Notes under the pieces: model-generated
What the model was told of the DNA's origin: nothing
Databases searched by the model: none
The model's input: only the letters and a program-made list of their open reading frames with translations
Part shown: in pieces, positions 48,851 through 57,443 of the stretch
How the letters are laid out: every line of letters starts with the position of its first letter
Position numbering within the stretch: the stretch's first letter is position 1
Translations under genes and position numbers: made by a program
Source: Alphaproteobacteria bacterium
GTDB taxonomy: Bacteria; Pseudomonadota; Alphaproteobacteria; UBA828
DNA: 64,000 nucleotides
Reading direction: 5' to 3'
Assembly (NCBI GenBank): GCA_965214705.1
Contig: CBDCCI010000002.1
Location: forward strand, 416,001 to 480,000

Positions 48851-49732
48851 GGCTGGTCTGAAAACGGCTCTTTCAACGTCCCTGAACGGCGCCGGATCGT
48901 CTCCGCGTCGAGATCGCTCGCCTCGCCCTCGGGAACCGTCGAGAATAGTTGGTCGAGGAAAGTCCCCGGACGGGCTTTCGCCATATCCAGCCGCCAATCC
49001 AGAAAATACAACGGCGTGAGCCCGTCGTCTATTGCCCGTCGCGCGTCTTCGGAAAGGGGCTGGCACAACTGCCCGAACTGACGCGGTCCGGTAAGGTCGG
49101 TCGGGGACCGCTTCGGCGTGGCGTCCCAGATTCGCCGCATCTCCGGGTGTTTCGCGTAGCAATACTTGAAGAGGTAAAACAGCCAGCCGTACGGAGCGGA
49201 TTTGATGACGTTTCTGAACAGAGGCGAGACATAGACCAGGGGGTGCCGCCGGATCCACCTTCCGAGGGCGAGCAGCGGCCAAAAGGCATAGGCGGTGCGG
49301 AGGGGAACCATCCCATCCCCAACGTTTCGTGCGAGGTCGTTCGAGACTTCCACAACCCAACCGATGGGGGACCGTTTTCGCAGCGAATCGCGCAGTCGAG
49401 GCGGGCAGCCTATCCAGTAGGCGCGCATTTCACGGCGCCAGATATCCACCGCGCGGTTGCCGCGCGCCGCCGCCAGGAAGCCGCAGAGGGGCGCCTGGCT
49501 CCACCCAAAGCCGAAGAAGCCGCTGTGCAGATATCCGAAGAGCCATTCGTCCAGCGGGCGCCGACAGAACAAGGCAGCGTCGACCCATACGCCGCCATAG
49601 GTCGCCAGCAATTCGATACGGACGATGTCGGACAAGGCTTGGGGGGTGAAATCCTTCTCCGGCGCAGCGGAAAAACCGGACAGGTCGATGTAGGCGGGCA
49701 AGGTTTCCGCGTCCAGGACGCGGATCGTCCAA
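48847..49732 (-). pseudogene. Capsular polysaccharide synthesis protein (DxD GT), 3' part
   Basis: WTIRVLD, SDIVRIELLATYGGVWVDA; joins 52408-52514 to give SWEYHNPG-WTIRVLD. Confidence 0.85.
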
Positions 49733-50039
49733 TCTTTAGGGTTGAGCAGGTTCGCGAGAGCGATCCTGCTCAACCTGTTTGAACGAAGCCGCGGGCCCCG
49801 AGACTGGACGTTGGATATGTGGAAAGTGCGCCGGTGGCGCGCTTAGGAAGGGATGACTGGCGGGATGCCTGTTGTCGCGGCTGCTGTTTCAGTCCGGGCT
49901 GGGCCGGCCTTCGGCACGTGAATCGGGGAGATCGATCGGGTCGAGCGGCGCGCCTGCGTGCATGATCGGGATCGAGCACGAGTTGCCCGGCTTGCCGGCG
50001 AGACGGCGCCGACGCACGAAGCTGAAGCGAAGGGATTAC

Positions 50040-51290
50040 TCACGGTTGCAACCCGTGGTTCGGCCATTCGTTGGGCGGCGCCCGGCTCGCGTGGGCGGGG
50101 CGCCGGCGCGGGATTTCGCGGACCAGGCGCAGCGCTGCGCCGCAATGGGGGCAGGCCACGGGAGCGGTTCCGGGGTCCGCTATTTCGTCGCGCTCGCGCT
50201 CGCCTTCGGGCGCATCGTCATCGACACACTCGTCGTCGGGACAGCCGATAGGGCCGAGGGCTTCGCGCGCGCGCTCCAGCGTCCTGGCGCGGCATCCGTT
50301 GGCGAGGATGCCGAAGTGACGGATGCGGTGCATCCCGTCGGGCAGGACATGGAGCAGGAAGCGGCGGATGAACTCGTCGACGCTGACGGTCATGGTGCCG
50401 TAGCGGGGCTTGCTCTGCCCTGGCCCCTTGGGCTTTCGGTGCCGGAAGGAGACGGTCTCGCCGTCGAAGGCCGTGATGCGGCTGTCGGAGATTGCGATCC
50501 GGTGGGTGTAGCGGGCGAGGTATCGGAACACCTGCCCAGGCCCGCGGAAGGGCCGCTTGGCGTAGACCACCCAGTCCCTGCTGCGTGCGGCGGCGAGTGT
50601 GGCGTGGAACTCGCCGGGGTTGGCGAGATGGGCGACGGTGCCGTGGAACTCCAGCTCGCCGCGGCCATGGGCGAGAGCCAACTCTTCGAGGAAGCGGCGG
50701 CGAAAGAAGCTGGCCAGGACCTTGACGGGGGCGAAGAAGGTGCCGCTCCCGGTCTTCCACTCGCCGCTCTCGACATCGAAGCCCGCGTTGGGCACCACCA
50801 CGTGCAGATGGGGATGGAAGCGGAGCTTCTGGTCCCACGTATGAAGGACGGCGGTGCCGCCGATGCGCATGCCCCCATGCCGGGGATCGGCGGCGATGGT
50901 GCGCAGGGTCTCGGCGACCGTCTTGAACAGGATGCCGAAGACGACCCTGCGGTTGCCGAAGCCGATGGCGGCGATCTGGGCTGGCAGGGTGAAGACCGCG
51001 TGGAAGTAGGGCACCGGCAGGAGCTCGGCGGCGCGTGCCTCGCTCCATCGGTTGGCTGCCAACCCCTGGCAGCTCGGGCAGTGGCGGTTGCGACAGGAAT
51101 TGTAAAGCGGATGCTCGCGCCCGCAGCCCTCACAGGCGTAGATGTGCCCGCCGAGCACGGCGGTGCGGCACGCCTCGATCGCAGCCATGACCTTGAGCCG
51201 GGCGGCGTCGATGCGCCCCTTGCAGCGCTCACGGAAAGCGAGGCCGGCGCGGCGGAAGATGTCCGCCACGCCGACGTTCTGGCGATCCAC
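50040..51290 (-). CDS. IS91-family (Y2/HUH) transposase with Zn-binding N-domain
   Basis: CRTAVLGG..CEGC, SCRNRHCPSCQ, YFHAVFTLP, LHTW..HPHLH, YLARY. Confidence 0.92.
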   Translation of the reverse strand: MDRQNVGVADIFRRAGLAFRERCKGRIDAARLKVMAAIEACRTAVLGGHIYACEGCGREHPLYNSCRNRHCPSCQGLAANRWSEARAAELLPVPYFHAVFTLPAQIAAIGFGNRRVVFGILFKTVAETLRTIAADPRHGGMRIGGTAVLHTWDQKLRFHPHLHVVVPNAGFDVESGEWKTGSGTFFAPVKVLASFFRRRFLEELALAHGRGELEFHGTVAHLANPGEFHATLAAARSRDWVVYAKRPFRGPGQVFRYLARYTHRIAISDSRITAFDGETVSFRHRKPKGPGQSKPRYGTMTVSVDEFIRRFLLHVLPDGMHRIRHFGILANGCRARTLERAREALGPIGCPDDECVDDDAPEGERERDEIADPGTAPVACPHCGAALRLVREIPRRRPAHASRAPPNEWPNHGLQP

Positions 51291-51296
51291 GCCGGA

Positions 51297-52175
51297 TCAG
51301 CGGCGAAGCAGCGGAAAGTCCGAGATGGGGTGATCGAGGCCCTCGAACATCCTGGCGGTGGAGCGCGCGTACTCGCGGGTCGTGTCCGCACGACGATGGC
51401 CGAGCATGTCGCGGATCACCTCCATGTTGCCGCCCCGCTCATGAAGATGGGTGGCGGCCGAATGACGCAGGCAGTGGAAGGTGTGGCGGCTGTCGACGCC
51501 GGCCCGCTCGCGCGCCTTCTTGAAGGCCACGTGCAGGTCCCCTGTCCGGATGGGCACGTCGGGCGAGGCGCCATAGAAGAGCCAGGTCACCGGCTGCGGC
51601 CAGATGTTCTTGTAGAAGCCGCGCAGGTAATGGATGACGGCTTCCGGAATCGGTGCCATCCTCTCGGTGCCGCCCTTGCCGGAAGGGATGTGTAGCAGCT
51701 TCTGGTCCGACTTGATGTCGCCGATCTTGATGGCCACGGTCTCGGAGATGCGAAGCCCGACACCGTAGGCGGTGACGATGGCGGCGCGGTACCGGAGGTC
51801 GGGCGTTGCGAGGATGATGCGCTCGACCTCCTCCTCCTCCATGTGTCGCGGCAGCTTGCGGGGCTTCTTGCGGGCGCGCAGCCCGGCCACGCGCTCAGGG
51901 CATCCCAGGGTCTCGGCATAGAAGAACTTCAGGGCGGCGACGGTGACGTTGGTCGTCGCCGGCTTCAGGCCGCGATCGATGCCGGACAGGACCCAGGCGC
52001 GCACCTGGTCGGCGTCGAGGTCGGCCGGCGAGGCCTTGTAGTGCTTGGCAAGCTGCGCGATCTCGCCGATGTAGATGGTCTGCGTGCTCTCGGCGAAGTT
52101 GGCGATGCGCATCTGGTCGATCATGCGCTGGCGAAGAGGGCTGCCCGTTGTCCCCTCGGCTGTGGTCTCGGTCAT
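51297..52175 (-). CDS. Tyrosine recombinase (integron-integrase-like SAM_4 N-domain)
   Basis: SPLRQRMI, RKLP, YGVGLRISE, GKGGTER, HCLRHSAATHL, LGH..TT..Y. Confidence 0.9.
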   Translation of the reverse strand: MTETTAEGTTGSPLRQRMIDQMRIANFAESTQTIYIGEIAQLAKHYKASPADLDADQVRAWVLSGIDRGLKPATTNVTVAALKFFYAETLGCPERVAGLRARKKPRKLPRHMEEEEVERIILATPDLRYRAAIVTAYGVGLRISETVAIKIGDIKSDQKLLHIPSGKGGTERMAPIPEAVIHYLRGFYKNIWPQPVTWLFYGASPDVPIRTGDLHVAFKKARERAGVDSRHTFHCLRHSAATHLHERGGNMEVIRDMLGHRRADTTREYARSTARMFEGLDHPISDFPLLRR

Positions 52176-52407
52176 CGTCGATCTCCCGTGATCGCGACGG
52201 CGAGCCGCCGGACCGTTCCGACGACGGACCGTCTCGGGGATCGATGCTAACCACTGGTGATCGGGAACATGCCGGCCACTCGCCCGACCGGCGCTGCGCC
52301 AATGGACGCAATCTGAAGCGCGCGCGACACCTGCCAGCAGCGCACCCCGCACATCGAGGAAATGAACGAACGCTAGGCCGCCAACTCCGCGTAGCGGCTT
52401 CGTTCAA

Positions 52408-52514
52408 CCGGGATTGTGGTATTCCCAGGAGCGCAGGCAACGTTTCACCAGTTCCGGCGCGTTCTCCCGGCCCTGGAGCCAGAGCATCCAGATGGTCCGG
52501 GGGCAATCGGTCAT
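52408..52514 (-). pseudogene. Capsular polysaccharide synthesis protein, 5' part
   Basis: MTDCPRTIWMLWLQGRENAPELVKRCLRSWEYHNPG; ATG overlaps the upstream stop. Confidence 0.85.
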
Positions 52515-53938
52515 GACGATCTCCCGGCGCCGCTGCGCGCGTCGGCCCATGGTTGGCCGTACGCCGGATGCGGCAGGTCAAGATCCCCGAGATCGGCCAG
52601 TGCCGGGTCCCAGCCTGGGCTGGCACTGTCGGCTCGTGCGAGAAACCAGTCATCGGACACGTCCCAGGTATGGCGATGGCCGTGTCGAACCAGCATGAAG
52701 CCGGCGCCGTGGGTGCGGTAAACGCTGCCACCCGCTCGATCGACATCTCCAATCAGCATCTGATCGACGCCTCGCGGCGCTGGCCGCCAGCCGCCCGCCC
52801 GGTCGAGAGCGTCGCGGGCAATCAGCAGGGCGCCTCCGGCCAGGGTGGTCGGCTCGCGGTAGCTCTCGCCGCCCCCGCGATGCCAGTGCACGGTCCGATC
52901 CGATGCGGCCAGATAGACGAACTCCACCCCCTTGCCCACCAGCGTCGCCCGCGAGTACTCGTGGGCCAGGACGAGGTCCCAGACATGGTCGGCGCCGTAT
53001 AGATCGTCGTCATCCATCTTGGTCAGCAGCGCCCCGCTCGCGGCTGCCGTGGCGGCGGCGAGCACGGCGCCGAGCGGCTTACTTGCAGGCGCGCGCACCA
53101 CCTTCACCGGGTATGACGATCCAGCGACAAGCCGTTCGACCTCCGGGGAGGGACTGCCGTGCAGCGCCAGCACCAACTCCAGCCGGGGATAGGTCTGCCT
53201 TGCCACCGCGGCAAGCGCCCGCGACAGAAGCCGGGGGCGTCTGGTCGCCAGAAGGACCGACACCAGGGGCGGCGCTTCGTGGCCGAGCTGCCGGGCGCGT
53301 GCCCGGCCCGAATGGTCCCGCAGAGCCGCACGGCGCATCCTGATGCTGAGCAGCTCCCGCGCGCCAGCATCGACGCCGCTCGCGTCGGTGGCCATCAGGC
53401 CATGGAGTTCGGCGCCGAGCAGTGCCCGAAGCGATGGATCGCCATCGGCGAGATGCACCACCACACCAGTGGAGGCCATGCGAGCGAGGGCGCCGGCGCG
53501 TGCCACGACGTCGGTGTGGAACTCCCTCACGTCCTCCACATGATGAAAGCGACGAAGCCGAAGCAAGTCATCCCGCTGAACGACGCGGTGCGCCTCGACA
53601 CCGGGCGGCAGCCACTCGATCGGCCCCGTCGCCGCCACCTCGTTCTTGGCGGCGCGCGGCCATCGGAACGGATTGCAGATTCGGGGGTCAAGGGCGGGAA
53701 CGGCTGACTGGCGCGGTGCCACCGGCAGCTTCGATTCATCCTCTTCGATTTGTCGGGTAGCAGCTGGCCGGTTCCACGCCGCTCGGCTCCGTATCGAAGC
53801 GCGCTGTTTCGGCAACTTCGATGTGGCCCACAGCCACCGGCTCCAGGACCAGTGACGGAGATGCCACCATGCCGCACGCCGCATGTCGGCGGCCCGCCAC
53901 CGAACGACGTTCAACCCTCCCGCGAACGACGCTTCCAT
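52511..53938 (-). CDS. GT2-like glycosyltransferase (start uncertain; may be the split C-half of the upstream GT)
   Basis: VSVLLATRRP, QTYPRLELV, TKMDDDDLYG, GVDQ. Confidence 0.75.
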   Translation of the reverse strand: MEASFAGGLNVVRWRAADMRRAAWWHLRHWSWSRWLWATSKLPKQRASIRSRAAWNRPAATRQIEEDESKLPVAPRQSAVPALDPRICNPFRWPRAAKNEVAATGPIEWLPPGVEAHRVVQRDDLLRLRRFHHVEDVREFHTDVVARAGALARMASTGVVVHLADGDPSLRALLGAELHGLMATDASGVDAGARELLSIRMRRAALRDHSGRARARQLGHEAPPLVSVLLATRRPRLLSRALAAVARQTYPRLELVLALHGSPSPEVERLVAGSSYPVKVVRAPASKPLGAVLAAATAAASGALLTKMDDDDLYGADHVWDLVLAHEYSRATLVGKGVEFVYLAASDRTVHWHRGGGESYREPTTLAGGALLIARDALDRAGGWRPAPRGVDQMLIGDVDRAGGSVYRTHGAGFMLVRHGHRHTWDVSDDWFLARADSASPGWDPALADLGDLDLPHPAYGQPWADARSGAGRSS

Positions 53939-55518
53939 ATTCTCCGTGTCCGGCGCCGGAAATGCCAGGGAATCACAGACAGACGCCTGACCGCCCGCCA
54001 CCACGCCACGCCGGCTAGCCAATGCAGGAACGACCATGCCTCTCCGGCGCCGCGGATATCGCGCGCCCGGTCGCGCAAGCGTTCCCATTGCGTAGGATAG
54101 ACTACCGCCTCCGGTGCCGCAGTGCCGCAGTGCCGCAGTGCCGCAGTCCGGCCCGCCACACCTGCCGGCCGACCGGCCGCGAACTTCAGGGACGCGGCGG
54201 AGAGCGCCAGCGCGTCTCCGAAATCGGCGGGGTCGGTCGCCGTTCGGCGCGCCCGGTGGAGCGCCCAGGCCCGGGTGATCGATACCCGGGAGCCGTCGGC
54301 GAGGACCGCGACCGCAGTGACCGCGTCTCCCAGCCCGGCGTGCAGACGATGCACCAGGTCCCTGGCAAACACGGCGCCGGCAGGCAGCGTGATGTGGATG
54401 GGGGTCGCGGGGAACTCGTCGAGGGCGGAGCGAGTGGGTGCGACCCGCACCCGCGGGTCCGGACCGAACTCTTCCCGGAGCTGCGCCAGTCGTCCATCAT
54501 TGTCACCCGCGCGCGTGTCGAGTCTCACCACCAAGTCGTGCACGCGGTCGGCGAGAACCCGTGCGGCGGTCCTCTTGATCGTGTCGGCCCGGAGATATCC
54601 CGCCTCGATCGTCACCACGTACCGGCGCACCGCGAACGTTCGGCCGGGCCTGTTGTCGCGGAACCCCGGGTGGGCGATCAGGTTGGCCAGTTTCCCGCGC
54701 TGGAGCCGAAAACTCCGGTCCTTCGCGTCGCGGCCTTCCTCGGGGAGGCCCTGATGCCAAGAAATGGGGTCCAGGACCGGAACCAGTAGCCCGCCGCGGG
54801 TGTACGTCCGATAGGCGAGCTCGGTGTCCTCCCCACCCCATCGCAGGAACGATTCGTCGCTCCCGCCAACCAGATGGTAGAAATCCTTGCCGATCCCGAA
54901 GTTTCCCGCCATCACCCTGAACGGGTCGTCGGCCCTCGACGTCAGATCGTTGGTTCTGAGCATATGGGTTTTGATCCAGAACCGTTCCTCCGGCTGCTCC
55001 AGGCGGTCCGAGAACAACTCTTCCAACGTCCCCCGCCGCCGCCTGATCGTCTCCGCGTCGAGGCCGTCCACCGCCACATGAGTGCGGAACCCCATGGTCA
55101 GGGCATCGGAGACGACGTGGTGCCAGCGGGCGTGAGCCGCGATCCAGCTCGCTTCGGCCAGCATATCGCTGTCGAGAAAGAGGAGAATGTCGTGGGCAGC
55201 CGCCCGAGCGCCGGTGTTGCGCGCCCGGGCCAGCCCAAATCCGCGGCGCTCCTGACGCACCACCCTGACATCCAACGGGGTCGATCGGGGCGGCTCCAAC
55301 GGCGGCTCGGATCCGTCGTCGACGATCACCACCTCGAAGAGGTCCCGCGGGCAAGTCTGCCCTTCCAGCGCGGCCAGGGTTCTCTCCAGCGTCTCGGCGG
55401 GCGTCTGGTAGTACGGCATGATCACACTGACCGGCATGACAGGCATGAACGTCTCCAGCGGCTCCACCGCCACTTGGCGCCAGTCGTTGTACCGGACGGA
55501 ATTAGGGTGCGGGTTCAT
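53911..55518 (-). CDS. GT2 glycosyltransferase (paralog 2)
   Basis: SVRYNDW, VVIVDDGS, ARARNTG, FLDSD, WGGEDTEL. Confidence 0.88.
   Translation of the reverse strand: MNPHPNSVRYNDWRQVAVEPLETFMPVMPVSVIMPYYQTPAETLERTLAALEGQTCPRDLFEVVIVDDGSEPPLEPPRSTPLDVRVVRQERRGFGLARARNTGARAAAHDILLFLDSDMLAEASWIAAHARWHHVVSDALTMGFRTHVAVDGLDAETIRRRRGTLEELFSDRLEQPEERFWIKTHMLRTNDLTSRADDPFRVMAGNFGIGKDFYHLVGGSDESFLRWGGEDTELAYRTYTRGGLLVPVLDPISWHQGLPEEGRDAKDRSFRLQRGKLANLIAHPGFRDNRPGRTFAVRRYVVTIEAGYLRADTIKRTAARVLADRVHDLVVRLDTRAGDNDGRLAQLREEFGPDPRVRVAPTRSALDEFPATPIHITLPAGAVFARDLVHRLHAGLGDAVTAVAVLADGSRVSITRAWALHRARRTATDPADFGDALALSAASLKFAAGRPAGVAGRTAALRHCGTAAPEAVVYPTQWERLRDRARDIRGAGEAWSFLHWLAGVAWWRAVRRLSVIPWHFRRRTRRIWKRRSREG
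54114..54147. repeat. (GTGCCGCA)x4 tandem octamer inside the GT gene
   Basis: Four perfect units plus GT; absent from the two paralogs. Confidence 0.9.
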
Positions 55519-55527
55519 TGTTCTTGA

Positions 55528-57108
55528 TCAAGGTGCGGACTTGCTTCGGACGTTCGTCATTGTGCGCCCGAGATCCTGATCGACCGACTGCCGCTTGATG
55601 CGCGCCCGCCACCGAAGCATTGTGGCCACCGCCCTCAATAAGGACCAAGCCTCTCCGGGGTTGCGGATGTCCTGGATCCAGCCTAACAGGAGAGCCCACC
55701 GCGCAGGGTAGACTGCCATATCCGTCGCAACGCTGTGGACCGCGTCTACCGTCGGCGCGGTGTTAGCGGTGTTCTTGAACTTGAGCGACGCTGCGGAAAT
55801 CGTTCGCGCTTCTCCGAAGTCGGCGGGGCTGGCCGCTTGGCGGCGCGCCCGGTGGAGCGCCCACGTCCGTGTGATCGACACCCGGGATCCGTCGGGGAGG
55901 ATGGCGGTCGCGGCGACCGCGCTTCCCAGCCTTGCCCGCAGACGATGCACCAGGTTGTTCGCGAACGTCGCGCCGGCGGGCAGCGTGACGTGGAACGACG
56001 ACGCGGGAAACTCGTCGAGGGCGGAGCGGGCCGGTGCAACGCGCACCCGCGGCTCTGGGCCGAATTCGCCCCGGAGCAGCGCCAGCCGCTCATCGCCGTC
56101 TCGCGACGGCGTTTCGATTCTCACCACCAAGTCGTACACGCGATCGGCCAAGAGGGTCGTAACCATCGCGATGACCTGTTCCGTGGGGCAATGTCCCGCC
56201 TCGACGGTCACGACGTACTGAGGCACAGCGAAAACTCGGTTAATCCCGCTTCTGCGAAAACCGCGATGGGCGATCAGGTGGGCCGCCTTCGACCGCATGA
56301 TGCGCTGATCTCGATCCTTGGCGTCTCTACCGTCGCACCAGCGGCCCTGATGCCAGGCAAAGGCGTCCCAGACCGGGACCAGCAATCCGCCGCGAGTATA
56401 GGCCCGATATCCGAGCTCGGTGTCCTCCAGCCCGTACCGCATAAACGATTCGTCGAACCCGCCCACCGACTCGTAGAATTGCTTGCGGATCCCGAAATTG
56501 CCCGACGAGACCACCCTGAACAGGTCGTCGGCCCTCGACGTGAGATCGTCGGTCCGGAGCATGTGGCCCTCGAACCAGGGCGGGTCAGCCGGCCGGCCCG
56601 AAAACAACTCCTTCAGTGACCCCCGTCGGCGCCGGACCGTTTCCGGGTCGAGGCCGTCTACCGCCACGAAGGCGTAGAATCCCAATGTCATGGCGTCGGA
56701 TACGGCGTAGTGCCACCGAGCGTGCGCCGCGATCCAGCCGGCCTCGGCCAGCATGTCGCTGTCGAGAAAAAGGAGGATGTCGTGGGCGGCCGCCCGCGCG
56801 CCGTTGTTTCGCGCCCGGGCGGCGCCGAACCCGCGGCGTTCCTGACGCACCACCTTGACGTCAAGCGGGGTCGAACGGGGCGCCTCTACAGGCGGTTCGG
56901 ACCCATCGTCAACGATCACCACCTCGAAGAGATCACGCGGCCAAGTCTGGCCTTCGAGCGCCGCCAGGGTCCTCTCCAGCATCCCGGCCGGAGGCTGCCA
57001 AGTCGGCAGGATCACGCTGACCGGCAGGGTGGGTGTGAACACCTCGGACGCCAGCATGTCCACCTGCCGCCAGTCGTTGTACCGGACGGACGCCGGTTTG
57101 GGGAGCAT
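55528..57108 (-). CDS. GT2 glycosyltransferase (paralog 3)
   Basis: SVRYNDW, VVIVDDGS, ARARNNG, FLDSD, GGFDESF..EDTELGYR. Confidence 0.88.
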   Translation of the reverse strand: MLPKPASVRYNDWRQVDMLASEVFTPTLPVSVILPTWQPPAGMLERTLAALEGQTWPRDLFEVVIVDDGSEPPVEAPRSTPLDVKVVRQERRGFGAARARNNGARAAAHDILLFLDSDMLAEAGWIAAHARWHYAVSDAMTLGFYAFVAVDGLDPETVRRRRGSLKELFSGRPADPPWFEGHMLRTDDLTSRADDLFRVVSSGNFGIRKQFYESVGGFDESFMRYGLEDTELGYRAYTRGGLLVPVWDAFAWHQGRWCDGRDAKDRDQRIMRSKAAHLIAHRGFRRSGINRVFAVPQYVVTVEAGHCPTEQVIAMVTTLLADRVYDLVVRIETPSRDGDERLALLRGEFGPEPRVRVAPARSALDEFPASSFHVTLPAGATFANNLVHRLRARLGSAVAATAILPDGSRVSITRTWALHRARRQAASPADFGEARTISAASLKFKNTANTAPTVDAVHSVATDMAVYPARWALLLGWIQDIRNPGEAWSLLRAVATMLRWRARIKRQSVDQDLGRTMTNVRSKSAP

Positions 57109-57443
57109 CGTTCGCTGGTCCCGACCCGTCACGTTTCTGGGGCAGGCGCAAACTTGTTGGCTCAATTCGTGATCCATAGGCATGGGTTGCCAGTGCTCGC
57201 GGCCACGCGCCTCTCGGGGTGCAAAATTCCTACGCACTTGACGGCGGATTCCTATTTTGCTTGATCGCGAATCCTGGCCATTTGACCGCCAAGGCGATGC
57301 CGTTTGTCAGTCTCTCCCGGGTCTTGCGGTAGGCGTTCTCCGTTGTTGGTTTCAGGGGGCTGGCCGCAGGCCAGCCCGACGCGAGCGCAAGCGAGCCCTG
57401 GTCGCCATTCAAAGGCCTGTCGGGCGCGGTGACAAGCCCCCAC

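Larger units (their letters stand above)
49731..52407 (-). mobile_element. Complete IS91-like element: tyrosine recombinase plus HUH/Y2 transposase
   Basis: Interrupts the capsule gene with only CAA shared; GCGGCTTCGTTCAA occurs in inverted orientation at 49779-49792 and 52394-52407; terminal hairpin at 49740-49775. Confidence 0.88.

Noticed and set aside
47546-49081. Long antisense or alternate-frame ORFs (also 25909..28155, 36616..38199, 41582..43459, 49872..51695, 12294..13844)
   Set aside because: Shadow ORFs of well-supported genes, expected at high GC; no motifs.
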